Source of the DNA: Vicugna vicugna
Taxonomy: Eukaryota
Direction: 5' to 3'
DNA length: 64,000 bases
Assembly: GCA_013265495.1 (NCBI GenBank)
Contig: MU058636.1
Location: 7,146,295 to 7,210,294 of the forward strand
In this document: piece after piece, positions 39,001-51,618 of the stretch
Layout: the number at the start of each line of letters is the position of its first letter
Numbering within the stretch: position 1 is the stretch's first letter
Program-made: the position numbers and the translations under genes
The notes under the pieces: generated by a model
Seen by the model: only the letters and a program-made list of their open reading frames with translations
What the model was told of the DNA's origin: nothing
Databases searched by the model: none

Positions 39001-40096
39001 GCCGCGGGCCTGTCCCATCAAGGTTGAGCGAGTCACCGATTATAATAATGCCCAAGGCTACGAAAGACGGAACATTTAAATGTTTCAATGGCTGCTCTTT
39101 CCCCACCTTCATCCCGTGGGAAGAAGCAGGAGCTGACAGATGATTTGGGGTAAGAGCTTCTCTTGTTCTGGCCGATTCAAGCCACTGAAGGGCAGGGGCC
39201 CTCTAACTAAGCTCCACACTCGAAGTAACTTTTAAGTTCTCTCCTCGGTGAAAATGGGGACAGTAATACCTGCCCTGTGCTGTTTATAGCATAGGTCAGG
39301 CTTCATAGAGCTCAGCATGTGGCCATCGCCTTCCAGAGTCTAGTGGGCGTGCTTCATTTTCGCCTTCTTGGCATCCCTTGCCCTGTTTATCTGCTATGTA
39401 TCTTTCTGGGTTAACTTTTCCTCCCCTTCCTGTCATGTGGTTTTGTTTTGTTTTGTTTTACTGGGACCCAATCCCTGGGACCTCCTGGACCCATTCTTTC
39501 CCCCGTGACTCCCCCTACCCCCGCTCTGATGACCTCAGTGATTGTTCAGGGTAGATCTACCAGTGACCTTCCCTGAACTTTTTATACTCTGAAGTGATGG
39601 AGAGAAGCCTCTTTCCTCTGGTGTCACTGAGAAGCCATGAGCTGTCAGCAACCAGTTCTCCATTACTCCATTTAGAAAGCCTATTTACAATAGTTGAAAA
39701 TAAAGCTGTGAGAGATGACGGATGGAACAGGAGCACGTGTCTGCCAGCCAGAGCGCCCAGGCACCCAAACTGCCTTCGTTCTTAGAGATGTCCCAGTTCT
39801 GGTCCCCTGCTTTAGTCAATGGCCAGTGAATACTCTCCCCACCCTAAGTTGATCCAAGCTGTATTTTTTGGAGCTTGAGAACAAATCAAAGCATCCTTAA
39901 TTAATACAGCTCCTGCCCTCAGCTCCCTAGGTCTGCCAAGAAAACTGCGACAAAACCAGATGTGGTAGTAAAGCTAAGCCTACTCCTAGCCTAGGTATGA
40001 CCTCGCAATCCCAGTTTAGGTAAAGATCCAAAAGAAATGCCTGCTTCCTTCCATCAACAAGTCATAGGAAAAGAACGCTCTTGGCAGCTTTGCTAC

Positions 40097-40235
40097 ATTT
40101 ATTATTATTATTATTTTAAGGGGAAGGATGTAATCAGCTTTATCTATTTACTTTTAGAGGAGGTACTGGGGATTGAACCCAGGACCTTGTGTATGCTAAG
40201 CATGCACTCTGCTACTTGAGCTATACCCTCCCCAC
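40097..40235 (-). mobile_element. tRNA-derived SINE (camelid Vic-1-like)
   Basis: ggtactggggattgaacccaggaccttgtgtatgctaagcatgcactct...gagctataccctccc (A/B boxes on - strand); (ATT)n tail; GCAGCTTTG repeated at 40084-40092 and 40238-40246. Confidence 0.85.
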
Positions 40236-40304
40236 CAGCAGCTTTGTTCCTGATAACCAAATGTAGGTGTTGATTTAAAATCCCAGCACAGAAGAGTACA
40301 GACT

Positions 40305-40562
40305 CCATGTTATATAAAGTACAAAGACTGGTGAAACTGATACATGCTGTTAGAAATCAGAATAGTGATTACCCCTGGCGGGAGATAGTGACTGGTAAGG
40401 GCCATGCAGGGGCTCCTGGGCACTGGAGTTCTGGCCTGGGGTGTTGGGCTCCTCATGAGGTGCGTGTGTGATCCAGGTACATTCACTTTGTGAACATTCA
40501 CTGAGCAGTACAGTGAAGATGTGTGTCCTTTTCTGTGTGTACATTATACTTCAATTAAAACA
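40305..40562 (+). mobile_element. Old LINE-1 3' end (L1ME-like)
   Basis: gttagaaatcagaatagtgattaccc...ttcactttgtgaacattcactgagc...tatacttcaattaaaa. Confidence 0.7.
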
Positions 40563-42208
40563 TGTACTTTTAAAAGTTAAAAATATGCCCTGCCTCACAC
40601 TGGCTCCTGTGACCACTCTGAATTTGTTACCCCTGAGCTGGTCCTGTTCTCAGAGCCAGTGACCACCATCACCACCTGCTCTTTTCCCCTGTGGTTTTTA
40701 GGGCTGCCATCTTGGCTGCCCTGCCTTGATGAGCTCTCTTTTTCTTCTAACGACAGCCTTGGCTCCACGCCTTCTCCTCCAGGAAGCCCCCCTCCCCACC
40801 CCTGCTCCCTACCGAGTTGGTGCCCGTCTCTCTGTGCACGGGTTTGCGTGCACACACCTCTCCTTTGGCACCATCTCCGTGTATCCTCACTGCTCACTGA
40901 CACACATCTCCCTTCCACTACATGACAACTCAACTGCCAGGATTTTTCTTTTAGCTGTTGCAGACATTTAGCACAAAACCACATTGTCACTGTCATTTAT
41001 GTGTCTGTATTTCCCACTGGACTGTGAACCAACATGCTAAGCCCTTGAAAATATGAAAACAAATGAATAAGTAAATGCATGAATCATGTGAGAAAAAGGA
41101 ATGGTAAACTTGAGACTTGGGCACTTGGGTCTGAGCCCTAGCTCCCCTGCTTCCCGAGCTCTGGGACCTTGGGCAGGCTGTCAAAACTTTCTGAGGCTCA
41201 GCTCTTCAGGTGTGCAAGAGAGAGAGCCCTGTGCAGGCTGTGTGCTTTCCAGATCACAAAGCACTGCCTATCGGTGAGGTCTCACCCCTGAACAACGAAG
41301 CCCTCAGGCACCAGGTCGAGTGTTTTTCTGACAAGGCCAAAGCGCACGCACGGGAGGGGCTGCGGCTGGTTTTTGCTGGAATCTGTGCTCTCTGTGGGAG
41401 AGGCTGAGCCACAGCTTCCCGCCACCGCGTGCAGACAGAAATCTGGATTTCGGTTCTGATCAGCACCTAGTAAGAAGGAAAGATTTTGTTTGGTTTGGTT
41501 CTGTTCTTTTGTGGTGCCCCTTCCCGAGCACACAGAAACAAAAACAGGGGGCCACTCAGCGTCACTGGGGGAGCCAGCTTCTTAGCAGGGCCTTCTCTGA
41601 GTGATCGTTCTCTCAGATAATGAGGTGTTTTTCCTGTTTGCATCTAGGGCCAGAACCCTGGTAGGGAAAGCTGTAATTAGAAGCTCGGACACCTCTGTGC
41701 TCACTTCCCTCCCCTCGGGTGCTCTGGTGACAAGAGAGTCCCCAGGGGGCCATTCTGAAGGTAGCACCACTCCGGCTGAAAGTGGCCTCAGGAAGAATCA
41801 AACTCTCTCTCCAGGCCTGGGAGAGCTGGGGTGCCGGGCCCTGGGCCCTTGGGGTTGTTGTCATGTTACGGAAATGACAGGCCAGTCAAGAAACAAGCAC
41901 CACTCGGAGGGTTGTAGTACTCAGATGTACTCAGAGGGGCTTCTGCTCAGAGGGGCTTCTGCTCTGAAGCTCTGAGCACCTTCAAGATGTGCACATGAGG
42001 TTTTATAGGGTAAAGTACAAGCTTGGGGTATTCAGCCAATAGGCATGGAACAGCTTTAGCAGCATTATCATCACAAAAGTGGAGGCAGGGAGACAGATAT
42101 GTATCTTTGAAAACCCACAGCTGGCTAAAAACATGAACAGCAAACCAACACTAATCAACCTAGATTTACAAGTTAGTCTAGCAGAACTCAGATCAGTATT
42201 CCAATACT

Positions 42209-42306
42209 TAGATTTGTGAGTTATCTTGTTAGCCCAGCCCAGCCTCTCCTTCACATTTCTAGACTTGAGAGTTATCTTGTTAGATCAGCCCGGTTTTTCC
42301 TTCACA
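42209..42306. repeat. Diverged ~51-bp tandem duplication
   Basis: gagttatcttgttag...cagccc...tccttcaca recurs at 42218 and 42269. Confidence 0.8.
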
Positions 42307-44336
42307 GTCGAAGGGCTGGTCTGCTCATCTCCTTTGTCCTGCTTGGACGCTGATGGCCAGAGAGGTCATGACCTCTCCCTCAGTTGACCACACAGTTCGT
42401 GGATTCCCATCCTGCTCCCCTGCCCTCCATCCTACACCCAGGGCTGGAGAGTTTGGGATGAGGGAGGCCCTGGGCACTCTGCCAGTGTCACCAGCTGCAG
42501 GTGACCATGGTCAGTCTCCCCCACAGGGCAGGGGAGATGACAGGCCTCATGTCCTGCCCCCACTGCCATGTAATTAGACTAGCTCTTCCTGTGCCTGATC
42601 TGAAGGCCCAGGATGAAGATGCCATTGGTCCAAAGCAAAATCAAAGGCCAGAGATTGAGTTTGTCCTAAAGCTAAAGTCACTCAAATATTCTTACCCTCA
42701 GGTGATGCCTTTTCTTTATGCTAAACATTTCCTTTCAAAGGAAATTGTGGAATCTGTAGACAATCACTTTTCATGTCCTTGGTCAAATAAAGTTAGCAGC
42801 TGAAACATTTTTGAGAAGCTCTTTCCTGAAATCCCAAAACCCATTTTTGACTCAGCCCTGACCTCTGCCCTCAGGAGCAGAGCAGAGCAGACCTGAAGTC
42901 CGGAAGAGGCCAGAGGCACAGTGGGCACCAGCCAGGGGTGCCAGCTTCTGCCCAGCGTGAGACCAAACCAAACCAACGCTTCCTTTCTGAGCAGATGGTT
43001 AAGCAGCACTGAGATCCAAATGTCTGTCTCCTGGAGGTTTAGCCTCACCCGCAGCGAACATAGATTCCGTTAAAAATCCCCTGCTGCTCCTGGGAGGGCT
43101 CCCTGTCCACACCCCCATCCAGTCCTGAGAGGCAGGGAAAGGGCTTGCAGAGCCAGGATGGAAGGGGTACAAGCACCCCAAATCCTGGCCCCGCAGGCAA
43201 GTCCTGCCCTCACTTCCCTCCCAGGGTCACAGAAGGAGAAGGAACACATAAGTGTCCTGGAGAAGTGTCCCCTCCATCTGCAGACTCCTTACTTATGAGC
43301 AGAGGGAGTTCTGGGTAATTGAAACAGAAGCGTGATTTGTGGGAGGGACCGGGTAGCCTCCTCCAGTTCAGGCCGGATGGGACCTCCCTTCCCAGTGTCG
43401 TCAAATATGAACACCATAGTGCAAGTGCACTGCTGAGCTGGCACCAAAGGAAAGACCCCCAGAGGTAGGCACCAAGGGCAAGTGGAAGCCTGGGTCTCCT
43501 GCAAAGGGTGGTTTCTGGAAGAAAGGAGCTGACCAGGCAGCCATGCCCAGGGCCTGGGGGTGGCCCAGAGGCCCAGGAGCCAGCAAGCGGTAGTTCTGCC
43601 CGAGGACACAGGCGTTGCAGGGTTTTGTCGGGGTGCTGGTTTGTTGTTCTAGCTTTGTTTTGTTTTGTGTGAGAAAATGGGAGACCTGTGGCTTCCTTAC
43701 AGAGACGGGGTTGTTGAAACGACAGGGCCTGAGGGTGAGGGTGATAACATTCACAAAACACCTATCCATACTGCAGGGCTTTAAAAATGGAAAATAACAG
43801 GAAGAAGAAAGAAAAGCAGCTATGCCAACCAAAATCATGACCATGGCTACTGTGACTGAATGCATATCCACTAACTTTCTGGGCAGCGCCAGGGAAAAAC
43901 GCTCGCCCACACCTGCAGTGACTGACCAGGAACAGCCCTGTTGAGGGCCTGCTGGGCGCCTGTGCTGCTGTGACTGAAATGCACAACAGCCACACAAGGT
44001 AGGCACCGTCATCCCCGTCGTTCACAGAGGGGACAGAGGCCCAGAGAGGCTGAGGGTCTTGTCGAAAGTAACACACAAAAGTTTCTGAAATTAATTCCTC
44101 TTTATATATGGGACACTGAGAAATCTAAGGCTCAATGCTTTTACAGCACAGGAAAATGCAGATTTTACTTTTCCTATAGTAGCCAAGTTCTGTGCGAGGC
44201 TCTGGGTTCAGAGCAGCAAGCAAATTCCTCAGGGGTGACAGTGCAGTGGGGAGACTAAGGGGCCACTCACTTCAGTCCCAAGTACGATGGCCGTAAGGAG
44301 TGCAGGAACTGGGTGATCCAGGTCTCCATTCCATGG

Positions 44337-44746
44337 TGTTACAGCATGGAATACCATTACCAAGAAAAGGGAAATGAGAATTGCCTCGATTCTTAGTCAC
44401 CTGAAAAAAAAGAATTTTTGGCAAGAGACAAAAAGCATGATATAAACGAGATTTTTATTGGTGAACTAAAAAAATAGTGAAAGATGGTACACTTCTGAGA
44501 ATCCGGAGCGGGCCAATCTAAGAGGGAAAATGGCACCGTTCCTTTGTTTTTCCTGTTTTTATATCCTGGTTTCATGATTGATTGATTGATTGACTGACAA
44601 CTCAGGTTCCCTGCGCTCTGATTGATTGTCAGCTCAGGTTCCTTGTGCTCTGGTGAATGGACAGCTCAGGTTCCTTGTGTTCTGGATTTTCCCTTTCCCC
44701 TTCCTCTCCCCCTCCCAGTGCTCATTTCTACCTAAACTACCTAACA
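44337..44746 (-). mobile_element. ERV-type solo LTR with three 32-bp internal repeats
   Basis: TGTTA...TAACA termini; AATAAA on the - strand near 44454-44459; ctcaggttcc at 44601, 44633 and 44665; TSD degenerate. Confidence 0.65.
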
Positions 44747-46256
44747 ATACCACAAAAGCTGTGTTGATGTTGATACTTTATTCTTAAATAAGCTACAACC
44801 AAACTATAGCTAAATAACATATTCCAAACTAGTCCGCAGTTTCTGTTCTTGCTAAGAGAAGTCTAGGGTCCAGCGTGAGGCTCCTCTGTCCTTTCAGGGG
44901 CTTTCTTCACACGGGATGATCAGGGAAGAGAGTCTAGGCTAAAATAAATTGTCCCAAGCAGGAGAGATCAGGGCCTCAGGGACTGGCTTCAGTTTGAAGA
45001 AAAACTGACGGGTGGAGTTGAGAAGGGAGGGGAGGGAGGGGAGGGGATGGACCCCTTCTGGGAGAAGGGCAGGGTCTGGCTCCAAGTAAAGGGCTGGGAA
45101 CTGGATCAGGGAACTTCCTCTTCTTCGCTCCCCTCCCCTCTCCCTCCCTGCTTCCTCATCCCCTCCTTTCCTCTTCCCCTTCCCTCCACTGTCCTCTCAC
45201 TCCTAATCCCCTCACCACACCCTCCTCCCATTTGCTTTAATGGGTCTTTCTGCCCCACCCTCATTCTGACTCTCCAGCCTATGAAAGTAGGTTAGAACCT
45301 AAAACTGCTTGGAGGAGACATGAAAAAACTAAAAAGATGGGAATTAAATGGAGGTCTTCTGGGAAGAGTTTGAAACTGAGAGAGGAAGTGACCAGAGCAC
45401 TTTCTAAACATGTGCACCTTTGTTCAACTTGAGACTAAAGACGCTATGTTTTTATTTTATGTAAGTGAATATCAAGATTGTACTCTGAGAAGTCAGTATT
45501 GCATCAACAGAAGTACCAGCAACCCTGTTCTTAAATAGCACATGGTAAGCCAGAAGCCAGCCGATCTTGTGGTCACGGCTTCAGTACAGTGGTGGGCTGA
45601 GCGCAGGGAGCAGAGAGGGGACTCCTGCCTAGGGCTGAGGCTGGGGCGGGCTGCCTGGAAGAGGTGGTGCCAGGAAGCTGCGACCTGAAAGCTTCCTGAA
45701 AGAAGAGGATGGGAGGGAGGAGAGGTGGTGACCTCCCGCTTTGGGGGAATTGCTGCTCCTTCGGTGTCATGGTTTCACACAGAAAGTGCGGCAGACAAAG
45801 CTAGCGGGCTCCTCAGCGAGCACTTAGCTCTTAGAAGAACGAGCGCACAGCCCAGAAGGCGTGGCTCCAATTGGATGATTCTGAAAGTGGATATTCCATA
45901 GTGCGCACTCCGCCCTTCAGAACTTGAGGGGCATCCCACAGCACATCTGGTCCAGGCAGTGAAGTCTCTGCTGTGTCCCCCAGCTCTGAGCATGTGGGTT
46001 TTCTCTATGGACTCAGAAATGAGTGTTGGAAAACGTAGCTGCCTGTGTGGGGTGGTGAGTCGTGGGTTTCCTAACTCCTAAGTTTCGCAAGTATGTTTTA
46101 ATGAAGAAGGAACAAGTGATGTCTTTCTGGTTATGAAAGCCTGCTTTCCTCCTCATCACTAGCATGGATTTTATCGGCTTCCAGACAGGGACCTCCGCCC
46201 CGGTCCTGTAGGGATGCTGAGCACAGAGCTTTCTGAGGGAGCTTGCTGTGTGGTTG

Positions 46257-46864
46257 TGATACAGGAACAAGAGTTGGGGGACCGTGAGGATGACGGTGTC
46301 CCAGGTCCCAGTCGAATCCCTAGGACGTGCCCCATCAAGTGAGGATCTTTAGCTTCACGCAGGAAAGAATTCAAGAGTGAGCCATAGTTGAGTAAAAGTA
46401 GGTTCATTTAGAGAGATGTCCGAGGGTTGGGGGGATGGAGATGGTAACAGTAAAGGTTAAAGTAAAGGTAGAAACACACTCCACAGACAGAGTGTGGGCC
46501 ATCTCAGAAGGCAAGAGAGACTGAGACTGCAAGGTGTGGTGTTGCTAGTTTTTAATATGCTAACAAGTGAGAGGATTATCCCAGCTACTCTGGGGAAGGG
46601 GCAGGGATTCCCAGGAGTTGGGCCGCTGCCCTCTCTCTGATCTTTCATGGGCAGCCTCGGAACTGTCATGGCGCCTGTGGGTGTGTCGTTCATCATGCTA
46701 GTACATTACAGTGTATATAATGTAGCTCAAGGTCCACAGGAGGGCAAACCTCCCGCCATCTTGGGCCTCAGGGTCTGCTGGGAATTTGCTTTTCTGCCAT
46801 CTTGGGGCTGATTGCTGTGTCATTCTTTTAATGGCCATGTCCTGCCCTCTTCCCTCCTGTCTCA
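46257..46864 (-). mobile_element. ERV1-type solo LTR, 608 bp, with 4-bp TSD
   Basis: TGATACAGGA...TCCTGTCTCA inverted termini (9/10 match); GTTG on both sides (46253-46256, 46865-46868); ERV1-LTR-like text gcaggaaagaattcaagagtgagcca. Confidence 0.88.
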
Positions 46865-47619
46865 GTTGACAGATCTGCTTTGCTATTCTTGTTATAAAAA
46901 AAACTACCTCGTTGAAACCAAAGACCATACCCCTGGTTCTGCCCCTGGAAGCACAACAAACTAGCACTGGGAAAATGAACAATCCCACTGGGACCAGGAG
47001 CTCCAGTTTTCCCTTACACAGTATCTGTTACTTATTGGAGAGACTTCAACATCAAAACTCTCACAATTCATTCATTAATAGGAGAATATCATCTTCCTAT
47101 TTGATTTGACAGAGGGGCCTCCAATCAGTTCATCTAAAAGTAGAAAAAAAAATCCATGTTTCACAGAATCTCAAAGATCTATCTACAAAGTCAGAGAATC
47201 ACGAGTGTCTACACTGATGTTTGTATATAAAATGCAGATTTTAGAAGGGCATAGATGTTTGGTCCACACACAGGCCAAGGAGAAACGCAAATCATCGTTG
47301 CATTATCCTTGTCGGATTTCTGCAGTAGGTGAAAGACAGTGTGGAAGTGGTCAGTCAGCATTTGGGAATGAAATCCAGTTGTTCCTTATATGTGGTGATG
47401 AGAAATCCAGACCCGAAGTTCTAAGGAGAAAACTGGCAGAGGTTTAGAGGGAAAGCTGTTGAAGTAAATGGAGAGGCATGAGAGATTGGCATAGGGATAT
47501 CAGGGTAACCCTTTGAGAAAACTGGGTTGACTACACTTTGAGTTTATAAGGAAAAGCATATAATTGAAGGAGTAAACATTTTGGCAAAAACCAGAACAAA
47601 TCATTTAAATTCTTTTTTG

Positions 47620-49190
47620 GTGGGGGGGCAATATGGAGGTTTAACTATTCAAAAACCATCCTACTACAAAATATCTTAAAATGTTGGAGTTGACAAAAAC
47701 CTAAGGGAGGTTACTAGAAGCCAAATACAAAACTGAGTCATGAATCCAGAGAGGTAATTTTATGAAAAATACTACTACCCTAAGGTCCTTTGCCAATCTC
47801 CAGTTTCCAGGACCCTGTGCAGAACAAAAAGCTTGGAACCAGAGTGAAGAGCTGGAACAGAGCCAGCCCTCCCTTATCCAATAAAGCATAAAACCAGAAT
47901 TCCTATTCTTAAAGTGAAAGGCTATCCTTAAAGTGACCTGAAAAAAAAACAAAGTAATTTATCTGTTTCGCTTTAGCTCAGTGTAGAGAAAGAAAAAGAA
48001 AAAAAAAAGTCTCCGTTGACAATTCTTAATCATAGCCCAGCCTGCTACCTGCATGATTCTGAAAGCCCCAAACCAAGGTTTCAATTCAAAGAGGCCCCAG
48101 TCCCTGGAGAAACAATTTCTTAGTCTTTAGCAATTTCCCATGGTTAAATTTGTGTGAAATACATGCGCACAGGCACACACACACACACACACAGCAGGAA
48201 AAATGCCACCAGGAGCAAGAATCAATCACGCTGAATTAGACTCCTAAATATTACAGATATTGGAACTGTCAGAATCAAAGTGTGTTAAAACTATTTAATA
48301 TGCTTTATATTTTTAATATGTATTTTTACATCCTGAAATTCTGTTGGTTATTTTTAAGGACACCAGAAGGGGAAAGGAGAATAAATATAAAAAAGAATAA
48401 CACGCTATCCAAAAGACCAGGCTGATTTCCAAAACAACCCAACCAAACCTCAAGGAAATAAAAAGAAATTAGTAAAATATAAAATTTAACTGATAAGTTA
48501 CACAGCAGATTAGACTTGGCAAAAGAAAGAATTAGCGAACTGAAATTTAAATCTGAGGAAGTTGCCTAGAATGCAGTACAGAAAGCAAAGAATGAAGTGA
48601 TGAAAAATATAAAGACATGGAGAATAGAATAAAAACTTCTATATATGTCTTACTAAAGTTCCAACAATGGGAAGAAAGCAATACTCAAAGAGATAATGAT
48701 GGAGAATTTTCCAAAATTGATGAAAGACATGAATCTGCACTGGCAGGAAACAAAATGTATCACAAGCAGGATAAATAAATACACATCTTGATACATCTAG
48801 GAGATCCCAAAAGAAAAAAGACAGATCGCCTTACAAGACAGTAACAATGAGACAGAAAGGGGACCCCTCAACAGGAAAAGCAAAGGGACCAGAAGGCAAA
48901 GGAGTAATTTTTTCAAAATACTGAGAGGAAAATAACAACTAATGAAATATGATATATGATACATATAGCAAACCTGTCATTCAGAAAATGAAATAAAGAC
49001 ATTTTCAGGTAAACAAAAACTGAGTGCGTAATCACAATAGACCTTCACAGATAGACTTAATATTCTTCGAGAAGAAGGGAGAGAACCACAGACAGAAAGG
49101 TGTGACGTGCAGGAAGGAATCCTGTGAAAGGACAATGCAAACGCATGAGCGAAACAGTACTGATAAGGGGTAAACGCTAAGGTGGAAATC
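47620..49190 (+). mobile_element. Decayed LINE-1/HAL1 5' and ORF1 region
   Basis: A-rich + strand with ORF1-like text (gcagattagac...gaaagaattagcgaactgaaa...gagaattttccaaaattgatgaaagacatgaatc); boundaries approximate. Confidence 0.65.
48174..48193. repeat. (CA)10 microsatellite
   Basis: Read directly from the sequence. Confidence 0.9.
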
Positions 49191-49227
49191 AAGCTCTCGT
49201 TAAGCGGGGAGGCGGAAGATTGGCGGT

Positions 49228-49620
49228 TGTACTGATTTCCTAGGGCCCATAACAAAGTACCGCACGCCGTGTGGCTTAAACAACAGAAGTTCAACAACAG
49301 GAGTTCATTTTCTCACAGTGCTGGAGGCTACAAATCTGAGATCAAGGTGCCTGTAGAGTTGGTTTCCCCCAAGATCTCTCCCCTCGGCTTGTTGGCTTTC
49401 TCCCCATGTCTTCACATCGTCTTCCCTCTGTGCATGTCTGTGTCCTAATTTCCTCTTCTTAGAAGCACACCAGTCATACTGGATTAGGGTCCACCCTAAT
49501 GACTTCCGTGTATGTTAATTGCCTCTTTAAAGGACTGATTCCAAATACGTCCTGAGGGACTGGGAGTTAGGACTTCAACATACGACTTTTAGGGAGGGGG
49601 ACACAGTTCAATTCATCACA
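49228..49620 (-). mobile_element. MLT1 (MaLR) solo LTR
   Basis: tgtactgatttcctagggcccataacaaagtacc...ctggaggctacaaatctgagatcaaggtg...ggattagggtccaccctaatgac. Confidence 0.88.
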
Positions 49621-51220
49621 GTGGTAAAAGCAGGTTAGGATCCTTGTGTTGTCTTCTGAAAGGCTAGTCAAGGAGACTCAGTTTCTTGGGACCCACAAGC
49701 GGCCAAAACCAGGCCCATCTCCCTGCCTCATCAAGAGGAGCCATTGGCTGCCTGGAGGCGTGGAGAGCCCTCACCCCTTACTCTCCCTGACCCCACCCTC
49801 GGTCTCCAGTACACTGAGCTGTAACAAGGACGTATTCAAGAGCTGGTTTTTGTTGCACTCTTTAAAAAAATAAAATAAAAAGCAAGCAAGCCAGTAAACA
49901 GTCTAAATACAAAATTTCTTTTCTTTGGGACTTTGTTCAGTTTCAGGTGGTTGATCAGATGGGGAAAGGTGACCAGGTCCTGGACCAGACATTTGTCCTG
50001 GATCAGTAAACCATCAGGATTGTCAGTGGGGAATCTCCTTCCACAACCTCCATTTAAATCTGTATCACAACCCACTGTGTCCCTAATGCCATCTTGTTTG
50101 TTAGCTGAAAAGCTCACACCCCAGGTTTCCCTTTGCCATCTGTTATGCATTATATGTTCTGCTTAAGGAAAAAAAAACTTAGATGTAATAAACTCACGAG
50201 AGGTTTCATGGGTGTTACACTTGAAGTGTTACCTTCACCCTGCTAAGGCCTGTCTCTGTTTCCAGGTGTTACTAAGCTGAGAACTGGAGGACTGAGACCC
50301 GCCTCCATGGAGGGAAGTCCTTGCAGGACCAGTGAAAGGAGAGCGCTCAGGGACTAAGCATTAGTGGCCTTGGCTTCTATTTTCCACGGCTGTTTGGAAA
50401 GCAGAAGTTAGAATGAAGAGCTGTCTTTCTGGACTTCGTCAGGGGGTGGCCCGTGTAAGAACGGGCACATAATGGCTTAAAAAAAAACCCACCCCTGAAC
50501 GTCTGCATTGGAGGGATGTGACATGCTCTCACACAGGGAGGGCTTGGGCTCAGACAGGGGCGTCTGTTTTCTGACGGACCCCAATCAGGAATTGCCCTTG
50601 TGCGGAAGAGCTGGTGAGGTAGAGCAGACGACGGACAGGCAAGAGCAGAGACTCGTCCTGCTGCCGGCGAAGGGAATGATGAGTAGCCAGTTTCAGATGT
50701 TCAGCAGAAAATACAGCAGGGAGGAAATCTCCTTAGAAATAATGTTCATAAGATGACATTTTAAAAATGAACCCTAACAATTACACGACTGGGGACTGAA
50801 AACACATTCTGATGTACAGACCAGCCATCGCAATACGGGCCAGGCTGGGACAAGAGCAGGGGGACCGTACGAGGGGGTGAAGGTGGCCAGAATGTCAGTC
50901 TCATTCCCTAACTCACACCTGGGGGAGGATTTTCACACATTTGTAAATCAAGCAAGAAACCGAGATGAATTTTATAATTCCACTGTGTCTTATCAGTAGC
51001 ATTTTTTTTACGTTACATGATTATGGTTTTCATTTCTAAGTGTGGGTCCAGCCATCTAATCTCTCATTTCTTACGTGAAGTCCTACATTCAAGAAATTCT
51101 CCAAGTTTTGCATAAAGACCTCTGTACAGAGAAATTTATGGCACTATTAAGGGCAAGGTCTTGTTCCCCAGATAGGGTAAAACCAGGGAAGCAGCTCCAG
51201 ACCGAGTCTTCAACACATTT

Positions 51221-51618
51221 TGCACTAATCAGCTCAGGCTGCCATAACAGAACACCACAGACGGGGGGCTTGAACAACAGAGATTTATTTTTTCACAGTT
51301 CTGGAAGCTAGAAGTCTAACGCCAAAGGGCCATGAGGGATGGTTTCTCGTGAGGACTTCCTTCCTGGCTCGTAGACAGCTGTCTGCTAGCTGTGTCCTCA
51401 TGTGGCCTCTCCTCTCTGCGTGTTGTGGGGGTGGGAGGGAGTCTCCGGCATCTCTTCCTGTTCCTACAAGTACACCAGTCCTGTTGGACTAGGGGCCACC
51501 TTTATGACCTCATTTAACCTTAAGTACCTTCTTGAAGGCCCTCTCTCCAAATACAGCCACATTAGGGGTTAGGGCTTCAACCTCTGAATTTGAGGAGGAT
51601 ACAGTTCCATGCAAATCA
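51221..51618 (-). mobile_element. MLT1 (MaLR) solo LTR
   Basis: gctgccataacagaacaccacagac...cacagttctggaagctagaag...gacctcatttaaccttaa...ggggttagggcttcaac. Confidence 0.88.

Noticed and set aside
43210..44076. Longest ORFs in the track (183 and 203 aa, - strand)
   Set aside because: Overlapping frames in GC-richer sequence that partly includes a MIR; no domain resemblance or exon structure.
44588..44683. Three regularly spaced repeats, superficially CRISPR-like
   Set aside because: Mammalian DNA; contiguous tandem units without unique spacers; explained as LTR internal repeats.
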